A stretch of 64,000 nt of DNA. Origin: Thermoproteota archaeon. GTDB taxonomy: Archaea > Korarchaeota > Korarchaeia > Korarchaeales > Korarchaeaceae. The stretch covers positions 1 through 64,000 of the forward strand of contig JAOZFG010000003.1 of assembly GCA_027491435.1 (NCBI GenBank). Direction: 5' to 3'. The notes under the pieces are model-generated. The model saw only the letters and a list, made by a program, of their open reading frames with translations, made no database searches and had not been told where the DNA came from. Made by a program: the position numbers and the translations under genes. How positions within the stretch are numbered: position 1 is the first letter of the stretch; each line of letters begins with the position of its first letter. Shown here in pieces: positions 18,558 to 27,301 of the stretch.

Positions 18558-19662
18558 GTCAGCCACTTTAGTCGTGAGGTCTGTAGGGAGGTGCTACCTT
18601 TCCTGTCCCTTTTGTCCCTGGAAGCTAAACAACTCGAGCTTTTTGGATAGATCCTCCCTGGAGGTAACGGTAGATGCGCTGATAGGCTCCATGTTTAAGC
18701 CCGACACCTACTTCATTTGTCCCGACCCCCTAGCCCATCCCGGCCTTGGAGAGTTAATCCAGACTGTTAGGGAGAGGAGGCTCCACGTGACCGTGTTCGT
18801 CCCCGCTTCCACAAGGGTTAGGGAAGTTAACTGGTCAAACCTTCTGAAGGCCGACCAGATCTTCCTATTTTCCTATAATGGCGATGAGCTTTTCGAAGCA
18901 GGTCCCCTGATAAGGTACCTGCTCATGAAGGGGGTCAGCGTTAAGTTAATGGCATTCGTTGTTCCCGGCATGAAACTCGACGAATTCGAGTCAATCATGG
19001 CTTATGCCCAGAGGAGAGGGCTGGAGCTCTGGGCCTCCCTGCCCATACTCTGCCCGATCTCAGAGTGCCCCATAAATCTAGTTAAATTGATGAAATCCTG
19101 GGGGTTCCACGTCACCGAGCCTATAGGGGAGTTCATGAGCGTTTACATGGTCAGAATGGCCTTCAAGGGGGATTACCCAGTTAGGGTCGTAGAGGGTCCC
19201 ATGTGTAGGAAGGACTGTAGGCTCCTCTTCTTAGATTCCAACGGGCTAGTCGGCAAGTGCCCAGCCAGCACTTTTCTAGGCATCTCTTCACCGCTTGAAT
19301 TCGCTGCTGTAGTCAGGAAGGGATGCACCAGGGTAGGGGAGAAGGTCAAGTACTCTTTCGTGACTTCGGTGAAGCTTGTCACCAGTGAAGGGGCCGAAAT
19401 CGATGAAAGGGATCTAGACCTACTCGCCTTATTGGAAGAAGTGGGTAGTTTAAGTAGCGCAGCGAAGATGCTGGGGGTTTCAACCCCTTCCGTGCTCAGG
19501 AGGGTAAGGAAGGTGGAGGAACTCCTAGGAATGAGGTTGTTGGTAAGTAGGAGGGGTGGAGTTGATAGAGGAGGTGTATTCCTAACACCTGAGGCTAGGG
19601 AACTCATAACCAAGTACAAGTCGGTGAAGTCCACCAGCAGCGTCCTCTCCAAGTTCACCTAA
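18547..19662 (+). CDS. Radical-SAM-like Fe-S domain fused to a C-terminal ModE/LysR-type winged HTH (CorR-like regulator)
   Basis: CYLSCPFC (CX3CX2C), additional Cys, then GSLSSAAKMLGVS...RRGGVDRGGVFLTPEA. Confidence 0.75.
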   Translation: MRVESATLVVRSVGRCYLSCPFCPWKLNNSSFLDRSSLEVTVDALIGSMFKPDTYFICPDPLAHPGLGELIQTVRERRLHVTVFVPASTRVREVNWSNLLKADQIFLFSYNGDELFEAGPLIRYLLMKGVSVKLMAFVVPGMKLDEFESIMAYAQRRGLELWASLPILCPISECPINLVKLMKSWGFHVTEPIGEFMSVYMVRMAFKGDYPVRVVEGPMCRKDCRLLFLDSNGLVGKCPASTFLGISSPLEFAAVVRKGCTRVGEKVKYSFVTSVKLVTSEGAEIDERDLDLLALLEEVGSLSSAAKMLGVSTPSVLRRVRKVEELLGMRLLVSRRGGVDRGGVFLTPEARELITKYKSVKSTSSVLSKFT

Positions 19663-19685
19663 CGTTTTAACCTAGTGTTAAAACG
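19663..19685. promoter_or_regulatory. Perfect inverted repeat upstream of cooF; candidate operator
   Basis: CGTTTTAAC-ctagt-GTTAAAACG, about 20 bp upstream of a TTATAATA-like box. Confidence 0.55.
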
Positions 19686-19761
19686 GGTCGTGATGCGTCT
19701 TTTATTGTTATAATATCGGAACAATTATTAAAATGTTCGACTAAGGTGTTCAGGGGGTAAG

Positions 19762-20343
19762 TTGGAAGCGGTGACGATTCCGGAGTACTTGATTTACGTC
19801 GACCCATCCCGATGCGTCGGATGTAGGAGTTGCGAATTAGCCTGTGCTGTAGAGCACTCGTCATCCAAGACCCTTTACGGTGCAATAGCTGAGCTCCCCC
19901 CTCCCAGGCCTAGGACCAAGGTGATTCCAGCTGACGGAATATACGTGCCCATGAGGTGCATGCACTGCGATCCCGCTCCCTGCGTCGAGGCTTGTCCTAC
20001 AGGTTCCATGCACAAAACTGAGGAGGGGTTCGTGATATCCAACCCGAGGAAGTGTATAGGTTGTAGAACCTGTTTGCTAGCCTGTCCCTTCGGACATCCC
20101 AGCTACAGCAGTGAGAACAAGGTGATCAAGTGCGACCACTGTGTTGACAGGATTAGGGCGGGCCTTCCTCCTGCCTGCGTTGAAGCTTGTCCAACCGGGG
20201 CTTTAAGGTATGGTAGGGCCGAAGAACTGTTGGACGAGGAGAAGAGGAGGCGCGCTTTGGAGCTCATTCTGGGACTAGGCGAGGGAGGGGTCGTGTACAG
20301 AAAGGCCAGGGAAGGTGCTCTGCACGCCCTTCTAGGGAGGTGA
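19762..20343 (+). CDS. cooF: CooF-type 4x[4Fe-4S] electron-transfer protein
   Basis: CVGCRSCELAC, CMHCDPAPCVEACP, CIGCRTCLLACP, CDHC..PACVEACP; directly upstream of cooS. Confidence 0.88.
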   Translation: MEAVTIPEYLIYVDPSRCVGCRSCELACAVEHSSSKTLYGAIAELPPPRPRTKVIPADGIYVPMRCMHCDPAPCVEACPTGSMHKTEEGFVISNPRKCIGCRTCLLACPFGHPSYSSENKVIKCDHCVDRIRAGLPPACVEACPTGALRYGRAEELLDEEKRRRALELILGLGEGGVVYRKAREGALHALLGR

Positions 20344-20347
20344 TGGT

Positions 20348-22273
20348 TTGGAGGAGAGAATTTATGAGAGGTTAATGAAGGCCTCCAGGAGGGAGTTCTA
20401 CGAGGGAGTTTCCTCCGACCCCACCGTCCCTCAGCTACTTGAGAAGGCCGAAAGGGATAAGATAGAGACTGTTTGGCACAGGTACCTAGCACAACAACCC
20501 CAGTGCGGTTTCGGCCTTCTGGGGGTGTGCTGCAGGAACTGCAACATGGGCCCCTGCAGGATAGACCCCTTCGGCTACGGCCCACAGAAGGGGGTTTGTG
20601 GGGCCACCGCCGATACTATAGTGGCGAGGAACCTGATGAGGATGCTGGCTGCTGGGGCTGCCGCCCATAGCGATCACGCTAGGGACATAGCTGAGGTGTT
20701 CATGGGCATACCGGAGGGTTGGGCCAAGGATTACGGGATAAATGACAGGGAGAAGTTGGTGGCCGTGGCCGAAAGGCTGGGCATCGAGACCGACGGCAAG
20801 GATGAAAAGGAGATAGCTAGAGAGATAGCTGAAATAGCTTTAATGGAGTTTGGTAAGCCTGGAGAAGATCCCCTTAAGTTCCTAGAAGCCTATGCTCCTG
20901 AGAAAAGGAAGGAGGTTTGGAAGAAGCTCGGGATAACTCCCAGGGCCATAGATAGGGAAGTGACGGAAATGATGCACAGGACTCACATGGGGGTGGACGC
21001 TGACCCACTTAGCTTGATAGCTCATGGGCTTAGAACGGCCCTAGCTGACGGGTGGAGCGGCTCCCTAATGGCAACCGAGTTGAGCGACATAATGTTCGGT
21101 ACCCCGAAGCCGATCAAGGTCTGGGCCAACCTGGGAGTGCTTAGAGAGGATGCGGTCAACATAATGGTTCATGGGCACAACCCCGTATTGTCCATGAAGA
21201 TAGTAGAGGCTGCCAAGGATCCGGAGCTCAACGAGTTAGCCAAAAAGCTGGGGGCCACTGGAGGAATAAACGTTGTCGGAATGTGTTGCACGGGAAATGA
21301 GGTCTTAGTGAGACTAGGTATTCCGGTAGCGGGCAACCTTTTGCAGCAAGAGTTGGCCATAATAACAGGGGCCCTTGAGGCTGTAGTGGTGGACTACCAG
21401 TGCATAATGCCTGCCCTGGTTGACGTTGCCTCCTGCTACCACACCAAGGTCATAACCACAGAGCCAAAGACCCATATCCCCGGGGCCTTACACATAGAGT
21501 TCGACAAGGCCAACGCCCTGGAGACCGCCAAGGAGATAGTGAGAGTCGCCGTGGAAAACTTCCCCAACAGGAGAAAGGACAGGGTTTTCATCCCTAAGGA
21601 GAAGATGGAAGCAGTAGTGGGCTTCAGCGTTGAGGCCATACTTAAAGCCTTAGGAGGCACCTTAAAGCCGCTGGCTGAGGCTTTGAAGGTCGGAAAGATT
21701 AAGGGGATAGCTGGGGTGGTCGGTTGCACCAACCCGAAGACAAGACACGATTACAGCCACGTCACAATAACTAAGGAGCTCATAAAGAACGACGTGCTGG
21801 TGGTGGGCACCGGTTGCTGGGCTATCACCATGAGTAAGGCCGGGTTGTTCAAGCCGGAAGCCGCTGAGTTGGCCGGTCCTGGGCTAAAGGAGGTGTGTAA
21901 GTCTCTGGGTATACCTCCAGCGCTTCACATGGGGAGCTGCGTCGACTGTTCGAGGATGTTAGTGGCTATAGCTGCCCTAGCTGACTACTTCGGGGTGGAC
22001 ATGTCCGATCTGCCCGTGGTGGGATCGGCTCCAGAGTGGATGAGCGAGAAGGCCGTCTCTATAGGGGCTTATTTCGTAGCCTCAGGGGTTCCCGTTCACC
22101 TAGGGACGGTGCCTCCAGTCTTGGGAAGCAAGAGGGTTGTGGAGATACTTACCGAGGAAGCTGAGAAGCTTGTAGGAGGTAAGTTCTTTGTTGAAACTGA
22201 CCCGAAGAAGGCAGCTGAGGCTATGCTGAACATAATAATTGAGAAGAGGAAGAGGTTGGGCTGGCCTGTCTAA
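20348..22273 (+). CDS. cooS: Anaerobic Ni,Fe carbon monoxide dehydrogenase catalytic subunit
   Basis: QPQCGFG...CCRNCNMGPC (D/B clusters), AAAHSDH, HGHNP, CCTGNE, DYQC, VGCTNPK, TGCW, GSCVDC, MSEKA. Confidence 0.96.
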   Translation: MEERIYERLMKASRREFYEGVSSDPTVPQLLEKAERDKIETVWHRYLAQQPQCGFGLLGVCCRNCNMGPCRIDPFGYGPQKGVCGATADTIVARNLMRMLAAGAAAHSDHARDIAEVFMGIPEGWAKDYGINDREKLVAVAERLGIETDGKDEKEIAREIAEIALMEFGKPGEDPLKFLEAYAPEKRKEVWKKLGITPRAIDREVTEMMHRTHMGVDADPLSLIAHGLRTALADGWSGSLMATELSDIMFGTPKPIKVWANLGVLREDAVNIMVHGHNPVLSMKIVEAAKDPELNELAKKLGATGGINVVGMCCTGNEVLVRLGIPVAGNLLQQELAIITGALEAVVVDYQCIMPALVDVASCYHTKVITTEPKTHIPGALHIEFDKANALETAKEIVRVAVENFPNRRKDRVFIPKEKMEAVVGFSVEAILKALGGTLKPLAEALKVGKIKGIAGVVGCTNPKTRHDYSHVTITKELIKNDVLVVGTGCWAITMSKAGLFKPEAAELAGPGLKEVCKSLGIPPALHMGSCVDCSRMLVAIAALADYFGVDMSDLPVVGSAPEWMSEKAVSIGAYFVASGVPVHLGTVPPVLGSKRVVEILTEEAEKLVGGKFFVETDPKKAAEAMLNIIIEKRKRLGWPV

Positions 22274-22274
22274 A

Positions 22275-23057
22275 ATGCCCCTGAGAGTCCTTGTAGCTGG
22301 AAAGGGCGGGGTTGGTAAAACCACGATCTCAGCCCTCCTCTCATTTTTTCTCTCATCTCGAGGAAAGAGAGTCCTGGCGGTGGACACTGATTCAGTGCCT
22401 AACTTGGCTCTCGCCCTAGGACTACCCCAGGAGGTCGCCTCATCAATAACCCCCCTAGTCAGGGATGAAGGGCTCGTCGAGGAAAGGACCGGTGCTAGGC
22501 CCGGGCAGAGCTGGGGGGTCTTCTTCAGGCTTAACCCTAAGGTTGACGACCTGATCTCCAAGTACGGGATAAGGGTTAGGGATGGCCTAAACCTCCTGGT
22601 GGTGGGAAGCATCGACTCGGCGAAGCAAGGTTGCTTATGTCCCTCTATAGCGCTTGTTAAGGCGCTGTTAAGGCACATAATGCTTGAAGAGGGGGATGTC
22701 GTGGTCGTGGACGCCGAGGCAGGGGCTGAGGTCTTCGGAAGGGGACTAGCTGAGAACTTCGACCAGATGTTATGCGTCTCAGAGCCCACAGTCAAGTCCT
22801 TGGAGGTATCCAGGAAGCTCATCGAGATGGGTAAGCAGTTGGGCATAAGGGGGATCTCTCTAGTGGTCAACAAGTTCCGTGGGGGGGCTGAACTGGAGGA
22901 AAGGATAAAGAACACGTTTGACGTCGACGTCTACTTCATCCCCTATGATGAGAGCTTCCTTCAGGCTGAGATGGAAGGTAGAGGGGCAGACACCTATCCT
23001 AAAGACTCTCCAGGAGTTAAATCGGCTCATAAGATATTTCTAGAGCTCTTCGGGTGA
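22275..23057 (+). CDS. cooC: CODH nickel-insertion ATPase
   Basis: GKGGVGKT, DTD..PNL, GCLCP and DAEAG; ATG at 22275 just after the cooS stop. Confidence 0.92.
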   Translation: MPLRVLVAGKGGVGKTTISALLSFFLSSRGKRVLAVDTDSVPNLALALGLPQEVASSITPLVRDEGLVEERTGARPGQSWGVFFRLNPKVDDLISKYGIRVRDGLNLLVVGSIDSAKQGCLCPSIALVKALLRHIMLEEGDVVVVDAEAGAEVFGRGLAENFDQMLCVSEPTVKSLEVSRKLIEMGKQLGIRGISLVVNKFRGGAELEERIKNTFDVDVYFIPYDESFLQAEMEGRGADTYPKDSPGVKSAHKIFLELFG

Positions 23058-23061
23058 TCTC

Positions 23062-25011
23062 ATGGACGTTAAAGTCGGAATTTACGTCTGTCACTGCGGT
23101 AAGAATATAGCTGGAAAGGTAGACGTGGTTAAAGTGGCCAATGAGCTCAGGAAGGATCCTAGAGTTTCAGTGAGCAGGCATTACTTCTTCATGTGCAGCA
23201 GCTCCGGTCAAGAGATCATAAAGCGGGACATTGAAGCTGGAAGGGTGAATAGGATCGTGGTGGCGGCGTGTAGCCCTAAGTTACACGAGCCCCTGTTCAG
23301 GAGAGTTGTCAGCGAAGCTGGACTCAACCCAGGGTATTATGAACAGGCCAACATAAGGGAGCTCGTATCCTGGTCAACTGAGGACCCTGAGAAGGCAACT
23401 GAGAAGGCCATAAGGTACACGAGAGCTGCCTTAGAGAAGGTCGTGTCAGCTCAGCCCATAGAGGTTAAGGAAGTTCCCGTCAACAGGGAGGCGCTAGTGA
23501 TAGGGGGAGGAGTTGCAGGCCTGACTGCAGCCCTAGACTTGGCTGAGAAGGGGATAAGGGTCCACCTGGTTGAGAAGAAGCCCACAATAGGGGGAATGAT
23601 GGCCCTCTTCGACAGGGTGTTTCCCACGGGCGATTGCTCCCTCTGCATACTGACGCCTATGATGGCCGAGGCCGAGGCTCATCCGAACATAACAATTTAC
23701 ACGAACTCCGAGGTCCTCGATGTGTCTGGTTCCGTGGGGAACTTCAGGGTGAGGGTGAGGAAGGACGCTAGATACGTGGACCTCGAGAAGTGTGTGACCT
23801 GTGACACCTGCTCCAAGGAGTGCCCAGTTGAGGTTCCCAACGAGTGGGACGCTTACCTGGGGACCAGAAAAGCCATCTACATACCCTATCCCCAGGCCGT
23901 GCCTCGAGCTTACGTGGTAGACCCCGACAGCTGTCTCTACTTCAGAGACGGTAGCTGCAGGAGATGCGAAGAGGTTTGCCCTACTAAGGCGATAAACTTG
24001 GATCAGGAGCCCGAGATCCTAGAGCTGGAAGTGGGCGCCATAATAGTGGCCACTGGGATGAAGGAGTATAACGCTTCAAACTTAAAGAACTACGGCTACG
24101 GCAAGTATCAGGACGTGATAACTCAATTCGGGTTTGAGAGGCTAGTTAACGTTACAGGGCCAACTCAGGGCGAGATAAGGAGGCCCAGCGACGGGAGGGT
24201 TCCTAAAAGGTTCGTCTTCATACAGTGCGCCGGAAGCAGGGACGTGAACCACAACCCCTACTGCTCCAACGTCTGTTGCATGGTGACGCTCAAGCAGGCC
24301 GAGATAATCAGAAGCGAGATACCTGACAGCCAGGTTTACGTGTGCTACATAGACATGAGGACCCCTAAGAGGGGGTTTGAGGAGATGTACGCGAGGGTCA
24401 GGCAGGAGGGCGTCACCTTCATCAGGGGTAAGCCTGGGGAGGTCAGGAGGGAGGGAGATCATCTAATCGTCGAAGTCTTCGACGAGACCCTAGGGAAGAA
24501 GCTGATGCTTGAGGCAGACATGGTGATACTAGCGGCCGGCTTATCGCCCTCTGATGGCACCATAGGAATTAAAGAGGTGCTTAACGTTGGCGCTGACTCT
24601 TATGGATTCCTTCAGGAGCTTCACCCCAAGCTAAAGCCAGTTCAGACTTCTAGACCAAGTATTTTCATATGTGGTGGAGCACAGGGGCCTAAAGACATTC
24701 CTGACTCCGTGACTCAAGCTAAAGCGGCTGCTAGCGAGGCCTCTGCCCTCCTGATAAGGGGTAAGGTGGAGATTCCAGGGGAGAGGGCTTACGTAAAGCC
24801 GGAGCTCTGCACTGGCTGTGGGGCCTGCGTGGAGGAGTGCCCGTTCCAGGCCATAGAGCTAGTTGAGGGTAAGGCCAGGGTCATTGAGGCCGCCTGCGCT
24901 GGATGTGGGATATGTCAGGGGGTATGTCCCAAGGGAGCCATCGAGAGGAGGCTCTACACTGGAGAGGAAGTTTTGAACCAAGTTGACGGCCTGTTGGAGG
25001 TGATAGGTTGA
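23062..25011 (+). CDS. hdrA: Heterodisulfide reductase subunit A (FAD, multiple [4Fe-4S])
   Basis: VCHCG, AACSP, GGGVAG, FPTGDCSLC, inserted ferredoxin, QCAGSR, CSNVCC, GPKDIPDSV, C-terminal 2x[4Fe-4S]. Confidence 0.94.
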   Translation: MDVKVGIYVCHCGKNIAGKVDVVKVANELRKDPRVSVSRHYFFMCSSSGQEIIKRDIEAGRVNRIVVAACSPKLHEPLFRRVVSEAGLNPGYYEQANIRELVSWSTEDPEKATEKAIRYTRAALEKVVSAQPIEVKEVPVNREALVIGGGVAGLTAALDLAEKGIRVHLVEKKPTIGGMMALFDRVFPTGDCSLCILTPMMAEAEAHPNITIYTNSEVLDVSGSVGNFRVRVRKDARYVDLEKCVTCDTCSKECPVEVPNEWDAYLGTRKAIYIPYPQAVPRAYVVDPDSCLYFRDGSCRRCEEVCPTKAINLDQEPEILELEVGAIIVATGMKEYNASNLKNYGYGKYQDVITQFGFERLVNVTGPTQGEIRRPSDGRVPKRFVFIQCAGSRDVNHNPYCSNVCCMVTLKQAEIIRSEIPDSQVYVCYIDMRTPKRGFEEMYARVRQEGVTFIRGKPGEVRREGDHLIVEVFDETLGKKLMLEADMVILAAGLSPSDGTIGIKEVLNVGADSYGFLQELHPKLKPVQTSRPSIFICGGAQGPKDIPDSVTQAKAAASEASALLIRGKVEIPGERAYVKPELCTGCGACVEECPFQAIELVEGKARVIEAACAGCGICQGVCPKGAIERRLYTGEEVLNQVDGLLEVIG

Positions 25012-25877
25012 GAGTAGTGGGTTTCTGTTGCAATGAGTGCGCCTACGCCGCAGCTGACCTGGCCGGTAGCACCCACAGGGTCCACCCGCCTGAGGTGTTA
25101 GTGGTTAGGATACCTTGCTCAGGGATCGTTGACCCATCTTGGCTCGTGTACGCCTTAGCTAAGGGGGCTGACGCCGTGTTCGTAGCGGGTTGCAGGAAAG
25201 GAGAGTGTCACTACGTTGATGGAAACTTCAAGGCCGAGTCGAGGGTCGCCTTCGTCAAGGAGCTCCTCAAGTCAGTTGGAGTAGAGCCGGAGAGAGTGGA
25301 GATGTTCTTCATGGCCGCCTCAGAACCTCACAAGTTCGTGGAGGCCGCCAAGGAGATGGTAAGGAGGGTCGAGGAGCTTGGTCCCTTGGAGAGGAAGGGG
25401 GCCCCGAAGAGGGAAGGTAAGAAGGGCGTGATAGCCAGCTCCCTCCTGGCAATAGCTAAAACCGTCATTGACGCTCCGTTGCCGGAGATACCTGGGTTTA
25501 GAGTTCCTAACTTCTCAAGTGAGTGCATAGGGTGTGGTGCCTGCGTTGAGACCTGTCCTGAGAGGGCGTTGAAGGTGAGGGACTACAACGGGAAGAGGGT
25601 TATAGAGCTTAACGCCAGGAGGTGCACCTCGTGCGGCAAGTGCGTCGAGGTCTGCGACGAGGTAGAGAAGGCGCTAACCTTGGGAGGGATGACACTAAAA
25701 CAGCTTTTGGAGGAGTGGTCAGTCGTCTCTGCTCACGATCTAGTTGAGTGCGAGGTCTGCGGGAGGCCCTTCGCTACACAGAGGGAGCTCGACAGGTCAG
25801 GTTCCCCGAAGGTCTGCCCCTCATGTAAGGAGAGGTTATCGGCTAGGGCCATGGTCGTAGGGAGGGTAGGGCCGTGA
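25008..25877 (+). CDS. mvhD: MvhD/FlpD [2Fe-2S] subunit fused to a ferredoxin domain
   Basis: FCCNECAYAAADLAG, RIPCSG, GCRKGECHY..GN; C-terminal CIGCGAC/CTSCGKC plus CEVC...CPSC. Confidence 0.85.
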   Translation: MRVVGFCCNECAYAAADLAGSTHRVHPPEVLVVRIPCSGIVDPSWLVYALAKGADAVFVAGCRKGECHYVDGNFKAESRVAFVKELLKSVGVEPERVEMFFMAASEPHKFVEAAKEMVRRVEELGPLERKGAPKREGKKGVIASSLLAIAKTVIDAPLPEIPGFRVPNFSSECIGCGACVETCPERALKVRDYNGKRVIELNARRCTSCGKCVEVCDEVEKALTLGGMTLKQLLEEWSVVSAHDLVECEVCGRPFATQRELDRSGSPKVCPSCKERLSARAMVVGRVGP

Positions 25878-26347
25878 TCGAGGAGATCAAGTCCATCTCC
25901 GGTCAGGACGTCAACTTGTGCTACCAGTGCGGCGAGTGCTCATCTTCCTGCCAGGTAGCAGGGGTTGATGGCTTTTACCCAAGCGTCCTAATTCACAGGA
26001 TAAAACTTGAGGACCCCGGAGTGCTGGATGAGAGAAAGTTTGAGGTCTGCCTGCACTGCTTCCTCTGTACCGTGAGGTGTCCACAAGGCATAAGCTTCCC
26101 AGACGTAGCGACAGCCCTTTCGAACATTTGGGTCAAGAGATACGGTCCTGACAGGGTTGAGAGGGCTTTCCTAAAGGAGTTGAGGGAGAGGGGTTTCATA
26201 AACCCGGTAAGGGTTGCCCTCTCGGCTTTAGGGCTTCACTCCTTCAAATCTCTGAGTTCCAAGGCTTTGAAGCTAATGAGGGCTTCTTCAAGGTCGGGGA
26301 AGGTTAGGGAGGACCTCCTTAAGGAGGTGAGGGAGATTGTCCCCTGA
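25874..26347 (+). CDS. hdrC: Heterodisulfide reductase subunit C
   Basis: CYQCGECSSSC and CLHCFLCTVRCPQ. Confidence 0.85.
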   Translation: MIEEIKSISGQDVNLCYQCGECSSSCQVAGVDGFYPSVLIHRIKLEDPGVLDERKFEVCLHCFLCTVRCPQGISFPDVATALSNIWVKRYGPDRVERAFLKELRERGFINPVRVALSALGLHSFKSLSSKALKLMRASSRSGKVREDLLKEVREIVP

Positions 26348-27068
26348 GGTGTCCTACTACCCGGGGTGCACTGGGACGACCACCGAGAGGGCCTATGTCA
26401 AGACGGCCCTCATGGTCTTGAAAGACCTTGGCTTTGAGGTGAGGCTGTTAGAAGACCTCCCCTGCTGTGGAACTCTGGAAGCCGAGCTGGTCGATGTCTC
26501 AATAACTAAGAGGTTAGCCTCTCTGATAAACAGGGAGGCTGGGAACGTCATAACCGGATGTAGCGGGTGTTACAGCAATATAAAGAGGGGAGGGGGCGAG
26601 GCTACCCACCTCCTGCACTTCTTGGTGAAGGAGGTAGGCCTTAGCGAGGTCAAGAATAGGGTAAAACGTCCATTGAGGTTGAAGGTGGCTCCATATTATG
26701 GGTGTCAGGCCCTAAGGCCTAGATTCCTAGCCATAGACGATCCTGAGGATCCTAAGATCTTTGAGGAGCTTTTGATGGCTATAGGAGCTGAGCCTGTGGA
26801 GTTTGATATGAGGATCAAGTGTTGCGGTGGACCCATTTCGCTGAGGAGACCTTTAGAGGCTAGGAAGATGGCCGAAGAGGTTGTTAAGTCGGCTAATATG
26901 GCAGGAGCTGAAGTTGTAGCTACGATGTGCAACCTGTGTCACTTCATGCTTGACTACTACACTAACGAAATGCCGGTGCTCCACTTCACCCAGCTGGTGG
27001 CCCTGGCCTTCGGGCATCCATTCGAAGAGATGGATTTTGAGGAGCACTACAATAGGGTTTTGAGGTGA
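26337..27068 (+). CDS. hdrB: Heterodisulfide reductase subunit B
   Basis: Two CCG domains: YYPGC..CCG..CSGC and YYGC..CCG..CNLC. Confidence 0.88.
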   Translation: MSPEVSYYPGCTGTTTERAYVKTALMVLKDLGFEVRLLEDLPCCGTLEAELVDVSITKRLASLINREAGNVITGCSGCYSNIKRGGGEATHLLHFLVKEVGLSEVKNRVKRPLRLKVAPYYGCQALRPRFLAIDDPEDPKIFEELLMAIGAEPVEFDMRIKCCGGPISLRRPLEARKMAEEVVKSANMAGAEVVATMCNLCHFMLDYYTNEMPVLHFTQLVALAFGHPFEEMDFEEHYNRVLR

Positions 27069-27072
27069 TATC

Positions 27073-27261
27073 ATGTGTGAGGGTGTAGTTTTCCTGGTGA
27101 GGGATGGTGAGAGGGTCAAGGTCATGGAAAACGTTGTCTCCCTCCACCTGAAGGGTGGAAGGGCCATACTGGTTGACGACTTCGGGAGGGACAAAGTGAT
27201 AGAGGGGGTTAAAGAGGTAAGGGTAAACATGGTGGCCCACGAGATCACCCTCTACCCCTAA
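27073..27261 (+). CDS. cooT: CooT-family nickel-binding protein
   Basis: MCE start, VMENV, DDFG and the C-terminal HEI are typical of CooT. Confidence 0.85.
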   Translation: MCEGVVFLVRDGERVKVMENVVSLHLKGGRAILVDDFGRDKVIEGVKEVRVNMVAHEITLYP

Positions 27262-27301
27262 ACCTTTTTTAGGGGCCTAACTGTTCCGGGCCGGTGGTAG
27301 G

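Noticed and set aside
22100-22915. Long antisense ORFs (e.g. 22100-22915, 17024-17527, 29272-29838, 53664-54203)
   Set aside because: Shadow frames of well-supported genes, with Ser/Leu/Pro-rich composition and no motifs.
23062-25877. Selenocysteine recoding in HdrA/MvhD (and hydrogenase)
   Set aside because: ORFs are open with Cys at the relevant motifs; the FDH active-site region is outside the window and cannot be assessed.
19762-27261. Evidence for the Wood-Ljungdahl pathway or methanogenesis
   Set aside because: No ACS/cdh, mcr, mtr or fwd genes here; CooS and Hdr both occur in non-methanogens.
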